IMG/VR virus record: IMGVR_UViG_3300045988_133686
Coordinates: 32,001 to 96,000 of that record
DNA from: a virus
Strand: one strand, 5' to 3'
Length of the DNA: 64,000 nt
The stretch's first letter is position 1. Every line of letters begins with the position of its first letter. The notes under the pieces are model-generated. The model saw only the letters and a list, made by a program, of their open reading frames with translations. It was not told the DNA's origin and made no database searches. This document shows, piece after piece, positions 29,086 through 36,346 of this stretch. The translations under genes were made by a program, and so were the position numbers.

Positions 29086-29099
29086 AGAGGTGATAAAAC

Positions 29100-30182
29100 G
29101 TGACTCGACCAGGAACAGTACGAACAGCAGGTCAATCTAAGATCATAGGTGCGTCGCTCGGCGGATCAAATCTGCGCACTTGGTATGGAGATGCCTCTGA
29201 CGGAGATTTAGCATTATCCGAAAATCAAACACTTGAACTCGATGTTACATCTGATGAAGGACAAATTTTTAAGCAATATAAATCACTAACCATTCCAGTA
29301 GGCGCAGTGCTCAGACCGTCACATCGATGCAACGGATTAATTATTACAGTCCAAGGCGACCTTATACTGAATGGCACGATTTCTGTTGACAAATGCGCCC
29401 CACTGCTAAATGCCAACGAATCCTTACACGCTCAATCCAAATACATCTCTTTATGTGGAGAGCTAATCGGAGGTAAAGGTGGCGCTGGCGGTAACGGCAC
29501 AACTGCCAGTCTGCTGCCTGGCACTGGCGGCAACGGATTCACATTTGGCGGCGGATACGGTGGAGGTAGTGCTGCTGGCAGCGGGCAAGGGTCATCGTCA
29601 TACTATTATTACGGTTACAACGGAGGTAGCGGTGAGCCTCGTCCTCCTGCGGGAACAACAATGCCGTACCCCGCTCCGACCACCAGCAATCAGGTAGTTA
29701 TGTATGGAGTTGGCGGGTCTTGTTCTCATTCAGGAATGCGTTGCCAAGGTGGCGCTGGCCCCGGTGGCTCCGGTGGAGCAATTAATTGGAAACATAGTGA
29801 TGATGATCCTAATGGTATCTATGTAGTCTCTAACGGCCAAACGGGCGACGCTTATGGAGGCGGCGCTTTTTATTTATTTGTTAAGGGGAACATTATCATT
29901 GGCGAAACTGGTGCTATCACAGCGGACGGAGGCAATGGTGCTAACGGGGTAAGCGCCTACGCGAATAATGTGTACGCCTCCGGCGGAGGTGGTGGAGGTG
30001 GTGGCGGCATTATTGCTATCGTTTATGGTGGTACATATACCAACAACGGCTCGGTTCATGCCAACGGTGGGCACGGTGGTACTCGCGGGACATACGGCCC
30101 ATACACCGTAAATACAACAAATGGCGCTGATGGTTCTATCGGCACCGTTTTTATTTCGTCTTTTGCCGATTTGATGAATTAA
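29100..30182 (+). CDS. glycine-rich fibre/spike-like protein, paralog B
   Basis: GTG start after agaggtga. Colinear with paralog A (ASDGDLAL...LILNGTISVDKCAPLL...GGKGGAGGNG...GGGGGGGGGIIAIVYGG). Confidence 0.75.
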   Translation: MTRPGTVRTAGQSKIIGASLGGSNLRTWYGDASDGDLALSENQTLELDVTSDEGQIFKQYKSLTIPVGAVLRPSHRCNGLIITVQGDLILNGTISVDKCAPLLNANESLHAQSKYISLCGELIGGKGGAGGNGTTASLLPGTGGNGFTFGGGYGGGSAAGSGQGSSSYYYYGYNGGSGEPRPPAGTTMPYPAPTTSNQVVMYGVGGSCSHSGMRCQGGAGPGGSGGAINWKHSDDDPNGIYVVSNGQTGDAYGGGAFYLFVKGNIIIGETGAITADGGNGANGVSAYANNVYASGGGGGGGGGIIAIVYGGTYTNNGSVHANGGHGGTRGTYGPYTVNTTNGADGSIGTVFISSFADLMN

Positions 30183-30191
30183 GGAGAATTT

Positions 30192-30500
30192 ATGGAAGAA
30201 AGAGATCTTCGCATGGTTATTATTGCGGATGTGAATAACGCTGAGTCACGCGAGACTATTGCGCAGCTCAGCAATAATCCGCAAATTCCGCAGACGGTTA
30301 TTACGCCGTATGCGGTGCGTAACATTCTACCCGGCATCCGTGCCACTCCGGCGATTGGCGTCCTGCTCTGGGCGACCGACCTTCAGGGATTGGTGGCTGA
30401 TGTGGACGCCTTCGCGGCGTATATCAAAAATGAGAACGAGACGTTAAGCGCACTTGAAACGCTTGGTGTCGAGACAAAAGCAAAAGAGGTCGTGTCATAA
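30192..30500 (+). CDS. hypothetical protein
   Basis: RBS taaggaga. 102 aa. The 3' end overlaps the convergent minus-strand gene by 6 nt. Confidence 0.6.
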   Translation: MEERDLRMVIIADVNNAESRETIAQLSNNPQIPQTVITPYAVRNILPGIRATPAIGVLLWATDLQGLVADVDAFAAYIKNENETLSALETLGVETKAKEVVS

Positions 30501-30842
30501 GCACGGCCTCTCATCATTTTCATTCGATTTCTTTGCCCGGCACCGACGCACCGTTTGCGCGTTAGTGCTGGGTTCAAATTTATAGACACATTTTGTGTAC
30601 GGCAAATTGGCATTCACGGATGCTCTTGAAATATTGAGTTGCTTGGCAATTTCCCGTGGTGTGTATCCGCGACCGTAAAGCTCTTGGATATAATCACTAG
30701 TTTCACAGCTATATAGGCCGTGCGAAATGAGCACCTTGCGGACGAATGATTCGGATACAGTGCCACGTAGCGACTTCCATGTAGCTTTAATAGACCTTTG
30801 CACCTGATATTTCTGAATAATCTCTTGCTCAATTTGCTTCAT
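30495..30842 (-). CDS. opposite-strand HTH DNA-binding protein
   Basis: GYTPREIAKQLNISRASVNANL helix-turn-helix near the C-terminus. 115 aa. It is the only minus-strand gene between the fibres and the lysis cassette. Confidence 0.65.
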   Translation of the reverse strand: MKQIEQEIIQKYQVQRSIKATWKSLRGTVSESFVRKVLISHGLYSCETSDYIQELYGRGYTPREIAKQLNISRASVNANLPYTKCVYKFEPSTNAQTVRRCRAKKSNENDERPCL

Positions 30843-30890
30843 TTCATCACCCCCTTTTTATCATATCACATCCGAAAGGAGATATCCAGT

Positions 30891-31304
30891 ATGAGAACCG
30901 ACCTTGTAGAACAGGCCAAAGCTATCCGCGCAGCCATGCAGCTCACCAACCGATATGTACCTGATGAGGTTGCTTTTAAGCAGCCTTTTGCTATTTTTGA
31001 CGAATGGAGCGCCGACAGTGTTGCCTATATTAAGGGCGACATTCGCCGCTTTGGTGGTAAGCTCTACCGCTGCGTGCAGCCCCACACCTCTCAATCCACA
31101 TGGACACCCAGTGCCGCCGTTTCCCTCTGGACGGAAATTTCTGATCCTACCGAAGAATGGCCTGCATGGATTCAGCCAACCGGCGCGCACAACGCTTACG
31201 CCCAGGGCGCCAAGGTTTCACACAATGGCAAGCATTGGATCTCTGACGTGGCAGGGAATGTATGGGAGCCTGGTGTGTCTCAGTGGACTGAAGCCACCGC
31301 GTAA
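30891..31304 (+). CDS. carbohydrate-binding protein (CBM5/12-like repeats)
   Basis: RBS aaaggaga before ATG 30891. Two repeats: GGKLYRCVQPHTSQSTWTPSAAVSLWTEI and VSHNGKHWISDVAGNVWEPGVSQWTEA. Confidence 0.7.
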   Translation: MRTDLVEQAKAIRAAMQLTNRYVPDEVAFKQPFAIFDEWSADSVAYIKGDIRRFGGKLYRCVQPHTSQSTWTPSAAVSLWTEISDPTEEWPAWIQPTGAHNAYAQGAKVSHNGKHWISDVAGNVWEPGVSQWTEATA

Positions 31305-31333
31305 CCGATCAATCAAGTACGAAAGGAATAGTT

Positions 31334-32641
31334 ATGATTATCAGAGTAAAAATTAGTCGTCAAGATAACCCGGACTATGGTAAAGTCCTGAACTTAGACT
31401 TAGAGGAATATTTGCGCGACGTCGTGCCTAGCGAGGTGCGCGCCGGGTACGATCATATGGAAGCTCTAAAGGCGCAGGCAGTAGCTGCCCGCACTTACGC
31501 GATGTACCGTGCGCACAAAAACCGCTACCTCAGCTATGATGTAACGGACTCCTCCGGCCGCGACCAAGCGTATAAATCCCGCCCGCGTCATCCCCGCAGC
31601 GATCAGGCAGTGGCCGAAACCGCTGGCTGGGTGCTGGCGTATAATAACACCACGATTGACTGCAAATACACAAACTCAAATGGCGGTCGTGTGCGTAGCT
31701 CTCTCGAACGCTGGGGTACCGACCTCCCCTACTACCGCGGCTTTGACGATCCATATGATACGACCACGGAGGTCAGCGGCCACGGCGTTGGTATGTCGCA
31801 GACCGGTGCGCGGGCAATGGCGAGAGCGGGGAAGAACTACAAGGAGATACTGGCGTATTACTATCCGGGAACCCGACTAATCAAAAGAGAGGAGTTGAAT
31901 CGTGTGTCTTTTGACTATGAAGAACATCTGTCCCCACACTTCAAACGCAAAGAATTTTTTGATCCCGCAAACTATACAAATGTAACCAACAAGCGCACTA
32001 AGCGCCCGTACACCTACTCTGAGGCTGAGCAGGCGCTGAATGGCAAGGTGCTAGTCGAGAAGAAGCTGCTTGATCTGTTAGAGACAATGCGCGAGGATTT
32101 GCGCAAGACTTATCCCGGCGCTACCATCGTTCTTACACCGCACGGTGGGTATCGCCCAACCGAACTAAACGCGGCGGTCGGTGGAGCTGCTGGCTCTCAG
32201 CATCGCTACGGGCGGGCGGCGGACTTCCGCGTGGTGTATGGCGGCAAAAAAGTGAATGCGGCCGACCTTGCTGTGTATACCGAGAAGTTCATGGCTGACC
32301 ATGGCTACAAGGGCGGTGTTGGCATGTACCACGCCGATGATGATTATATCCATGTTGACGTGCGCGGCGTGAACGTCCACTGGTATGCCAGCTACAAGTC
32401 TGCTGGTTGCCCCGGTCAGGGCGGCACTCCGTGTGTGTATAAGCATGGCTACAAGAGCGCAGGCATTGTTCTTGTGCAGCGCAAACTTAAAGAGCTGGGG
32501 TATGACCCCGGCACGGCTGATGGTATATACGGCGTTAAGACTCTTAATGCTGTGCGCAAGTTTCAGGAGAGCGTTGGGTTGAAGCCCGATGGGATTTACG
32601 GCAAGGCTACCAACGCGAAGTTGGGTGCGTTGCCCTGGTAA
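31334..32641 (+). CDS. multidomain endolysin: SpoIID-like, M15-type peptidase-like, and PG_binding_1
   Basis: ALKAQAVAARTYA...GHGVGMSQTGA (SpoIID/LytB type). SQHRYGRAADF...HVD (zinc peptidase type). C-terminal VQRKLKELGYDPGTADGIYGVKTLNAVRKFQ (PG-binding repeat). Confidence 0.88.
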   Translation: MIIRVKISRQDNPDYGKVLNLDLEEYLRDVVPSEVRAGYDHMEALKAQAVAARTYAMYRAHKNRYLSYDVTDSSGRDQAYKSRPRHPRSDQAVAETAGWVLAYNNTTIDCKYTNSNGGRVRSSLERWGTDLPYYRGFDDPYDTTTEVSGHGVGMSQTGARAMARAGKNYKEILAYYYPGTRLIKREELNRVSFDYEEHLSPHFKRKEFFDPANYTNVTNKRTKRPYTYSEAEQALNGKVLVEKKLLDLLETMREDLRKTYPGATIVLTPHGGYRPTELNAAVGGAAGSQHRYGRAADFRVVYGGKKVNAADLAVYTEKFMADHGYKGGVGMYHADDDYIHVDVRGVNVHWYASYKSAGCPGQGGTPCVYKHGYKSAGIVLVQRKLKELGYDPGTADGIYGVKTLNAVRKFQESVGLKPDGIYGKATNAKLGALPW

Positions 32642-32652
32642 GGGGGATGACG

Positions 32653-32934
32653 ATGACAGTTGAACTCACAGTGCTGATTTCTATCGTATGCGGGGTTGGT
32701 GGATTTGCTCTATCATGGCTAGTATATAACCGTAATCAAAGGTCTGACGCCAAAAAGAACGGGCTGGATCAAGGAACGATGCAGGCCGATATCGACAGCA
32801 TTAAGCGTGGCGTGGATGAAATTCGCATCGACCAGAAAGCTCAGTATAACACCATTAACAACCACGAGGCGCGCATTATGGTTCTAGAGCACGAGGTAGG
32901 CTCTCTACAACAGCAACCGCCGCGCCAGTCGTAA
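32653..32934 (+). CDS. single-TM protein with coiled-coil tail (holin/lysis-accessory candidate)
   Basis: RBS aggggg 6 nt before ATG 32653. TM segment LTVLISIVCGVGGFALSWLVY. Confidence 0.55.
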   Translation: MTVELTVLISIVCGVGGFALSWLVYNRNQRSDAKKNGLDQGTMQADIDSIKRGVDEIRIDQKAQYNTINNHEARIMVLEHEVGSLQQQPPRQS

Positions 32935-33212
32935 TGGCGGCCGCGCAGAAGAAAAGGAGAAGAAGAAAACCAGAGACTTCCAAGGTTGTGCTGGTGTCTG
33001 TGCTGTGCGTGTGTTGCGCGCTGGAGATCGTCGTGCTGCTCGGCTGGTTGGTGTGGGATCGCACTGATGCAGCTGGGCTTGCCGGTGTGTTCTCCGCGCC
33101 CGCCGTTGCGGTAATAAGCTGGTACACGTGGAAGGCAAAATGTGAGAATATTCAGAAGTACGGGTATAAAGCCCGCCCTGATGACAATGAGGAGGATACG
33201 TATGCAGGTTGA
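32934..33212 (+). CDS. two-TM small protein (holin candidate)
   Basis: TAATG overlap. Basic N-terminus KKRRRRK, then two hydrophobic segments. Confidence 0.55.
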   Translation: MAAAQKKRRRRKPETSKVVLVSVLCVCCALEIVVLLGWLVWDRTDAAGLAGVFSAPAVAVISWYTWKAKCENIQKYGYKARPDDNEEDTYAG

Positions 33213-33528
33213 TATTACACCGATTGCGGAGGCTTTGCTCTCCCTTATTATTTCTATCATTGCGGTTGTTGTGCTGCCGCGCGTTAAGACATGGCTGGAC
33301 GCCCGCACCACTAAAGCAGACCGCGAGAATATTATGAATCTTGTCAAGGTGGCCGTTAACGCCGCTGAACAGCTCTACCAGTCTCAGACCGGCGAGAAGC
33401 TTGGCGCCAAGCGTAAGGAATACGTCATGAATTTGCTGGCCGCTCAGAACCTAAACATTGATTATGATCTGCTAGAGGCTATGGTCGAGGATGAGGTTCG
33501 CAAGCTTAATGAGGCACTAGTAAAATAA
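33202..33528 (+). CDS. LL-H family holin-like protein
   Basis: RBS gaggagga before ATG 33202. N-terminal TM followed by VKVAVNAAEQLYQSQTGEKLGAKRKEYV, the pattern I associate with LL-H holins. Confidence 0.65.
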   Translation: MQVDITPIAEALLSLIISIIAVVVLPRVKTWLDARTTKADRENIMNLVKVAVNAAEQLYQSQTGEKLGAKRKEYVMNLLAAQNLNIDYDLLEAMVEDEVRKLNEALVK

Positions 33529-33604
33529 ATCGTCCGAGGTAGAGATGTGCTTCTACACCCCGTTGCGGGCAAAAGAGATGCGGGACTTGGCACACCCGCC
33601 GGAC

Positions 33605-33641
33605 AAAAAAAAAGAAGGGGCGCTTATTGCGCCCCTTCTTT
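33605..33641. terminator. bidirectional hairpin terminator (stronger for the integrase strand)
   Basis: A9 run, stem GAAGGGGCGC/GCGCCCCTTC (33614-33623/33629-33638), then TTTAC. The minus-strand reading gives the stem plus T9. It overlaps the integrase stop. Confidence 0.7.
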
Positions 33642-34775
33642 ACGATTATCAAGTTGTTGTGATACGCCCGCCACACTAGTTGACTGCACATTCGTTAGGA
33701 GGTGTGTGTAAATACGTCCGGTGATGTCCGGCGAACTATGACCGAGAGCCTTGCTGGTATCAAAAAGGGTCACTCCGCTCTGATTCGCAAGCGACGCAAA
33801 TGTGTGCCGCAATCCGTGCAGCGTAATATGCGGAAGATTGTATTTGCTCACAATCTGCTGAAGCTTTGCAGATAGATAATTGGGGCGTCTTGGTCTTCCG
33901 TCATCGTGCTGTATAACGTACCCGCCGTTGTGGTATTGCGCTCCATAAATGCCCTTCCACTCTTCCTGGCGTTGTCTTTCTCCAAGCAAAACTTCCCGCA
34001 GCGTGCTAGGCATCTGAAGCTTTCTATACGACGAGCTAGTTTTAGTCTCCTTTTCTATAATGGTACTACCGGCTGACGTGCGCGCGTCACATATTAAGAT
34101 GGTATTGTTTGTGAAGTCTATCGAACTCCATCTCAGGCCAGATATTTCTTCGCGGCGTAGCCCTAAATACCCTGCAATAAAAACAACTGGCTCCATCCAC
34201 GTGCCCTTAACCGCTCTGAAAAGCGTTTGCAACTGTTCGGCTGTATAGATGTCTGGTTCGCTCACAATTTTTTTAGGTGGCATCGTCTCCTTCACATAAT
34301 TGCGGTAAGCATACTTCATCATCACCGCGTAGTCAAATATAGAACTAAGCAGGTTGTAGTGCTTAATAACCGTATTAGGACTAAGCTTCTCCAACGCCCG
34401 CGCATAGTATTGTTGGATGTCCCGCGCCTTGATGTCTTGTATAGGGAGCTTCCCAATTTTATCTTTGAGCAGATGATTGCGCACGATCTGTTCATATCCA
34501 TAATAAGTCGTGTGCGCTATCTTTGGTTGGGCCACTGTTTTTAGCCACTCCTGAATTACATCTCCTAGAGTAATCCTACGCGGCGACAAAGTATCCCCGT
34601 GATCCTTATTAGCGTCAAATTCACGCTTGGCCGCTCTAGCCTCCTTTAACGTTGAGTAGGTTTTGTACTTGCGGATAAATTTCCCGTTACCGTCTCGACC
34701 GTATGTAAATGCAACATAATACAGTTTTCGGTCGATGTCATACGAGATTCCTTCGGCAATTTTTTCTCTAGCCAT
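33624..34775 (-). CDS. int: tyrosine site-specific integrase
   Basis: RBS aaggaggt. C-terminal HGLRHTFASL...LGHSSPDITGRIYTH catalytic motifs. 383 aa. Confidence 0.95.
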   Translation of the reverse strand: MAREKIAEGISYDIDRKLYYVAFTYGRDGNGKFIRKYKTYSTLKEARAAKREFDANKDHGDTLSPRRITLGDVIQEWLKTVAQPKIAHTTYYGYEQIVRNHLLKDKIGKLPIQDIKARDIQQYYARALEKLSPNTVIKHYNLLSSIFDYAVMMKYAYRNYVKETMPPKKIVSEPDIYTAEQLQTLFRAVKGTWMEPVVFIAGYLGLRREEISGLRWSSIDFTNNTILICDARTSAGSTIIEKETKTSSSYRKLQMPSTLREVLLGERQRQEEWKGIYGAQYHNGGYVIQHDDGRPRRPNYLSAKLQQIVSKYNLPHITLHGLRHTFASLANQSGVTLFDTSKALGHSSPDITGRIYTHLLTNVQSTSVAGVSQQLDNRKEGAQ

Positions 34776-34795
34776 TTGTGCTACCTCCTTCTACC

Positions 34796-34870
34796 ATTGC
34801 TACCAACACGTTCAGTGTAGCACGTCAGCTCCAAAATTGCTACCAAAATTGCTACCAGAAATTACTGCCA
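34796..34870 (+). repeat. arm-type direct repeats ATTGCTACCA x3 plus a degenerate ATTACTGCCA (int-proximal arm)
   Basis: Copies at 34796-34805, 34836-34845 and 34848-34857. Degenerate copy at 34861-34870. Confidence 0.7.
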
Positions 34871-34901
34871 TTCGCACATACACCATATATAGTGTAGCAA
34901 A

Positions 34902-34938
34902 CATAGAAAAAGCACCACATTTTGTATAATGTGGTGCT
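34902..34938 (-). terminator. terminator hairpin directly 3' of the tRNA fragment (minus-strand sense)
   Basis: Stem AGCACCACAT/ATGTGGTGCT (34911-34920/34929-34938). The minus-strand reading is followed by TTTTCTATGT. Confidence 0.6.
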
Positions 34939-34943
34939 TTATT

Positions 34944-34966
34944 TGGTGGAGGTGAGGGGAGTCGAA
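34944..34966 (-). other. tRNA 3'-end fragment (T-loop, T-stem 3' arm, acceptor 3' strand and CCA): putative att core
   Basis: Minus-strand reading is TTCGACTCCCCTCACCTCCACCA. Upstream sequence does not complete a T-stem or the rest of a cloverleaf. Confidence 0.6.
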
Positions 34967-35084
34967 CGGTCGTCTATGCCAACACTACAAACCATCACTG
35001 TTCACTTTTATCCACTTATAATGGGCTTTGTTGATGGCTTGCATCACTCGTATATGTCACACATCACCTCGTTTCACTCCCATG

Positions 35085-35106
35085 ATTGCTACCAACATTG
35101 CTACCA
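35085..35106 (+). repeat. arm-type direct repeats ATTGCTACCA x2 (xis-proximal arm)
   Basis: Copies at 35085-35094 and 35097-35106, in the same orientation as the int-proximal copies. Confidence 0.7.
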
Positions 35107-35154
35107 ACATCACCCCTTGTACACTACGTCACCTATGCTCACTCGTTGAGGCAC

Positions 35155-35180
35155 AAAAAAGCGCACCCGAAGGTGCGCTG
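35155..35180 (-). terminator. rho-independent terminator after xis
   Basis: Stem AGCGCACC/GGTGCGCT with a CGAA loop. On the minus strand it is followed by TTTTTT. Confidence 0.7.
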
Positions 35181-35185
35181 TATAT

Positions 35186-35371
35186 TTATGAATTTAGCCA
35201 GTCCTCAAATGCCTTGCGCGGGATGATAATCCGCTTACCGGAGTATACTACTTTGAACTGATTCGACTTTGCTAACGCATATGCTTGGTTAATTCCAATA
35301 CCGAGATAATCCTTAATATCTTTAACGCTTAGTACCATCTTATCTGCGCCCAGTGCTACCGAATCCGCCAC
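35186..35371 (-). CDS. xis: excisionase-type HTH DNA-binding protein
   Basis: GTG start at 35371 preceded by AGGAGGG plus 7 nt. [23 protein letters not shown]...[12 protein letters not shown] matches the excisionase/MerR-like HTH pattern. Adjacent to attP. Confidence 0.7.
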   Translation of the reverse strand: MADSVALGADKMVLSVKDIKDYLGIGINQAYALAKSNQFKVVYSGKRIIIPRKAFEDWLNS

Positions 35372-35849
35372 GATTCTTCCCTCCTAGCGTGCTCACTACA
35401 TCAAACTTTATACTCGGCTGCTTGCGTACAATGCGGAACTGGCAGATGCGATCACCGGCCGGAATGAACGTATCCTCGGTGGCGTAGGCCGGGAATCTCC
35501 ACTCATCCAGATCGCCGCAGTAAGCATTATCAATCACGCCCATGGAGTTAGCCTGAATCACATGGTACTTCATATAGGTGGAACTGCGCGGCACAACGTG
35601 AGCCTCATAACCGGTCGGCAGCTTCATCGCTACGCCAAGTGGGATGAGCTTGAAATCGCCCGCCTGAATACGCACGCTGTCCGCGGCATAAAGATCAATC
35701 CAGTCACCCTCACGGATTTTGGCAACTGAACTGACACCCTCAACGGTGTATTTGAGTTTGATTTTATGTGGAAGGATTCGTTTAAGCATGATAGAGATGA
35801 TAAGCACACTTGTGATAATATCGAGGATTAAGATCATTGTCTCTGTCAT
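35340..35849 (-). CDS. dut: trimeric dUTPase with a hydrophobic N-terminal extension
   Basis: [10 protein letters not shown] and RGGFGSTG motifs. RBS AGGAGA 7 nt before ATG 35849. The first ~22 aa ([17 protein letters not shown]) are hydrophobic. Confidence 0.88.
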   Translation of the reverse strand: MTETMILILDIITSVLIISIMLKRILPHKIKLKYTVEGVSSVAKIREGDWIDLYAADSVRIQAGDFKLIPLGVAMKLPTGYEAHVVPRSSTYMKYHVIQANSMGVIDNAYCGDLDEWRFPAYATEDTFIPAGDRICQFRIVRKQPSIKFDVVSTLGGKNRGGFGSTGRR

Positions 35850-35866
35850 AACATTATCTCCTGTAT

Positions 35867-36346
35867 TTATGAGATTTTTTTTGCATATTGATTGCCGGAC
35901 GCTAGGTCTACGCCAAGTGTGTCGTCAAACCGAGGACACATCGTTGGTATATATCGCCCAAACTTTATAATCACGTTTGGGTACTGTGACAGGCGCCGCA
36001 CTTGGTCATTCACTTCATGCTCGTAATAGCCCGTATAAATAATAAAGGTGTCCATACACCCATTGTCCCGGAACGTGCGCAATAGTGCGAGCACCTCGTC
36101 TATCTGCAACATCGGTTCGAGGCCGCCGATCACGACAGCTTCTGTGATGTCGTTGCTTTGATAGAGTTGATAGAGTCTTTTGTCATCAATGTTATAAGCG
36201 CTGCCGAACAGGTCATGGTTCTGACAAACAGAGGGCGGAAACCCGCCCTCCTTACAACACTTAAAGTCACATGATACAGAACCGATGAACAAACTTGGCT
36301 TCTTATAGTTGACAAAATCCTCAACTACAATGCCGCTCACCCTCAT
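35867..36346 (-). CDS. nrdG: anaerobic ribonucleotide reductase activating protein-like (radical SAM, small type)
   Basis: Cys-rich N-terminus [19 protein letters not shown]. 159 aa. Overlaps the nrdD stop (ATGA). Confidence 0.75.
   Translation of the reverse strand: MRVSGIVVEDFVNYKKPSLFIGSVSCDFKCCKEGGFPPSVCQNHDLFGSAYNIDDKRLYQLYQSNDITEAVVIGGLEPMLQIDEVLALLRTFRDNGCMDTFIIYTGYYEHEVNDQVRRLSQYPNVIIKFGRYIPTMCPRFDDTLGVDLASGNQYAKKIS

Larger units (their letters stand above)
34776..35185. other. attP region candidate (core is a tRNA 3'-end fragment, flanked by arm-type repeats)
   Basis: Non-coding gap of about 410 bp between int and xis. It contains the tRNA fragment, a terminator hairpin and five ATTGCTACCA copies. 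Confidence 0.7.

Noticed and set aside
33529-33623. Possible small gene or RNA between the last holin gene and the integrase terminator
   Set aside because: There is no RBS-linked ORF and only weak pairing. The strong hairpin at 33614-33638 is explained as the integrase/late-operon terminator.
34944-34966. A complete tRNA gene next to the integrase
   Set aside because: Only the T-loop, the T-stem 3' arm, the acceptor 3' strand and CCA are present. The 5' T-stem arm does not pair. It is interpreted as the att core fragment instead.
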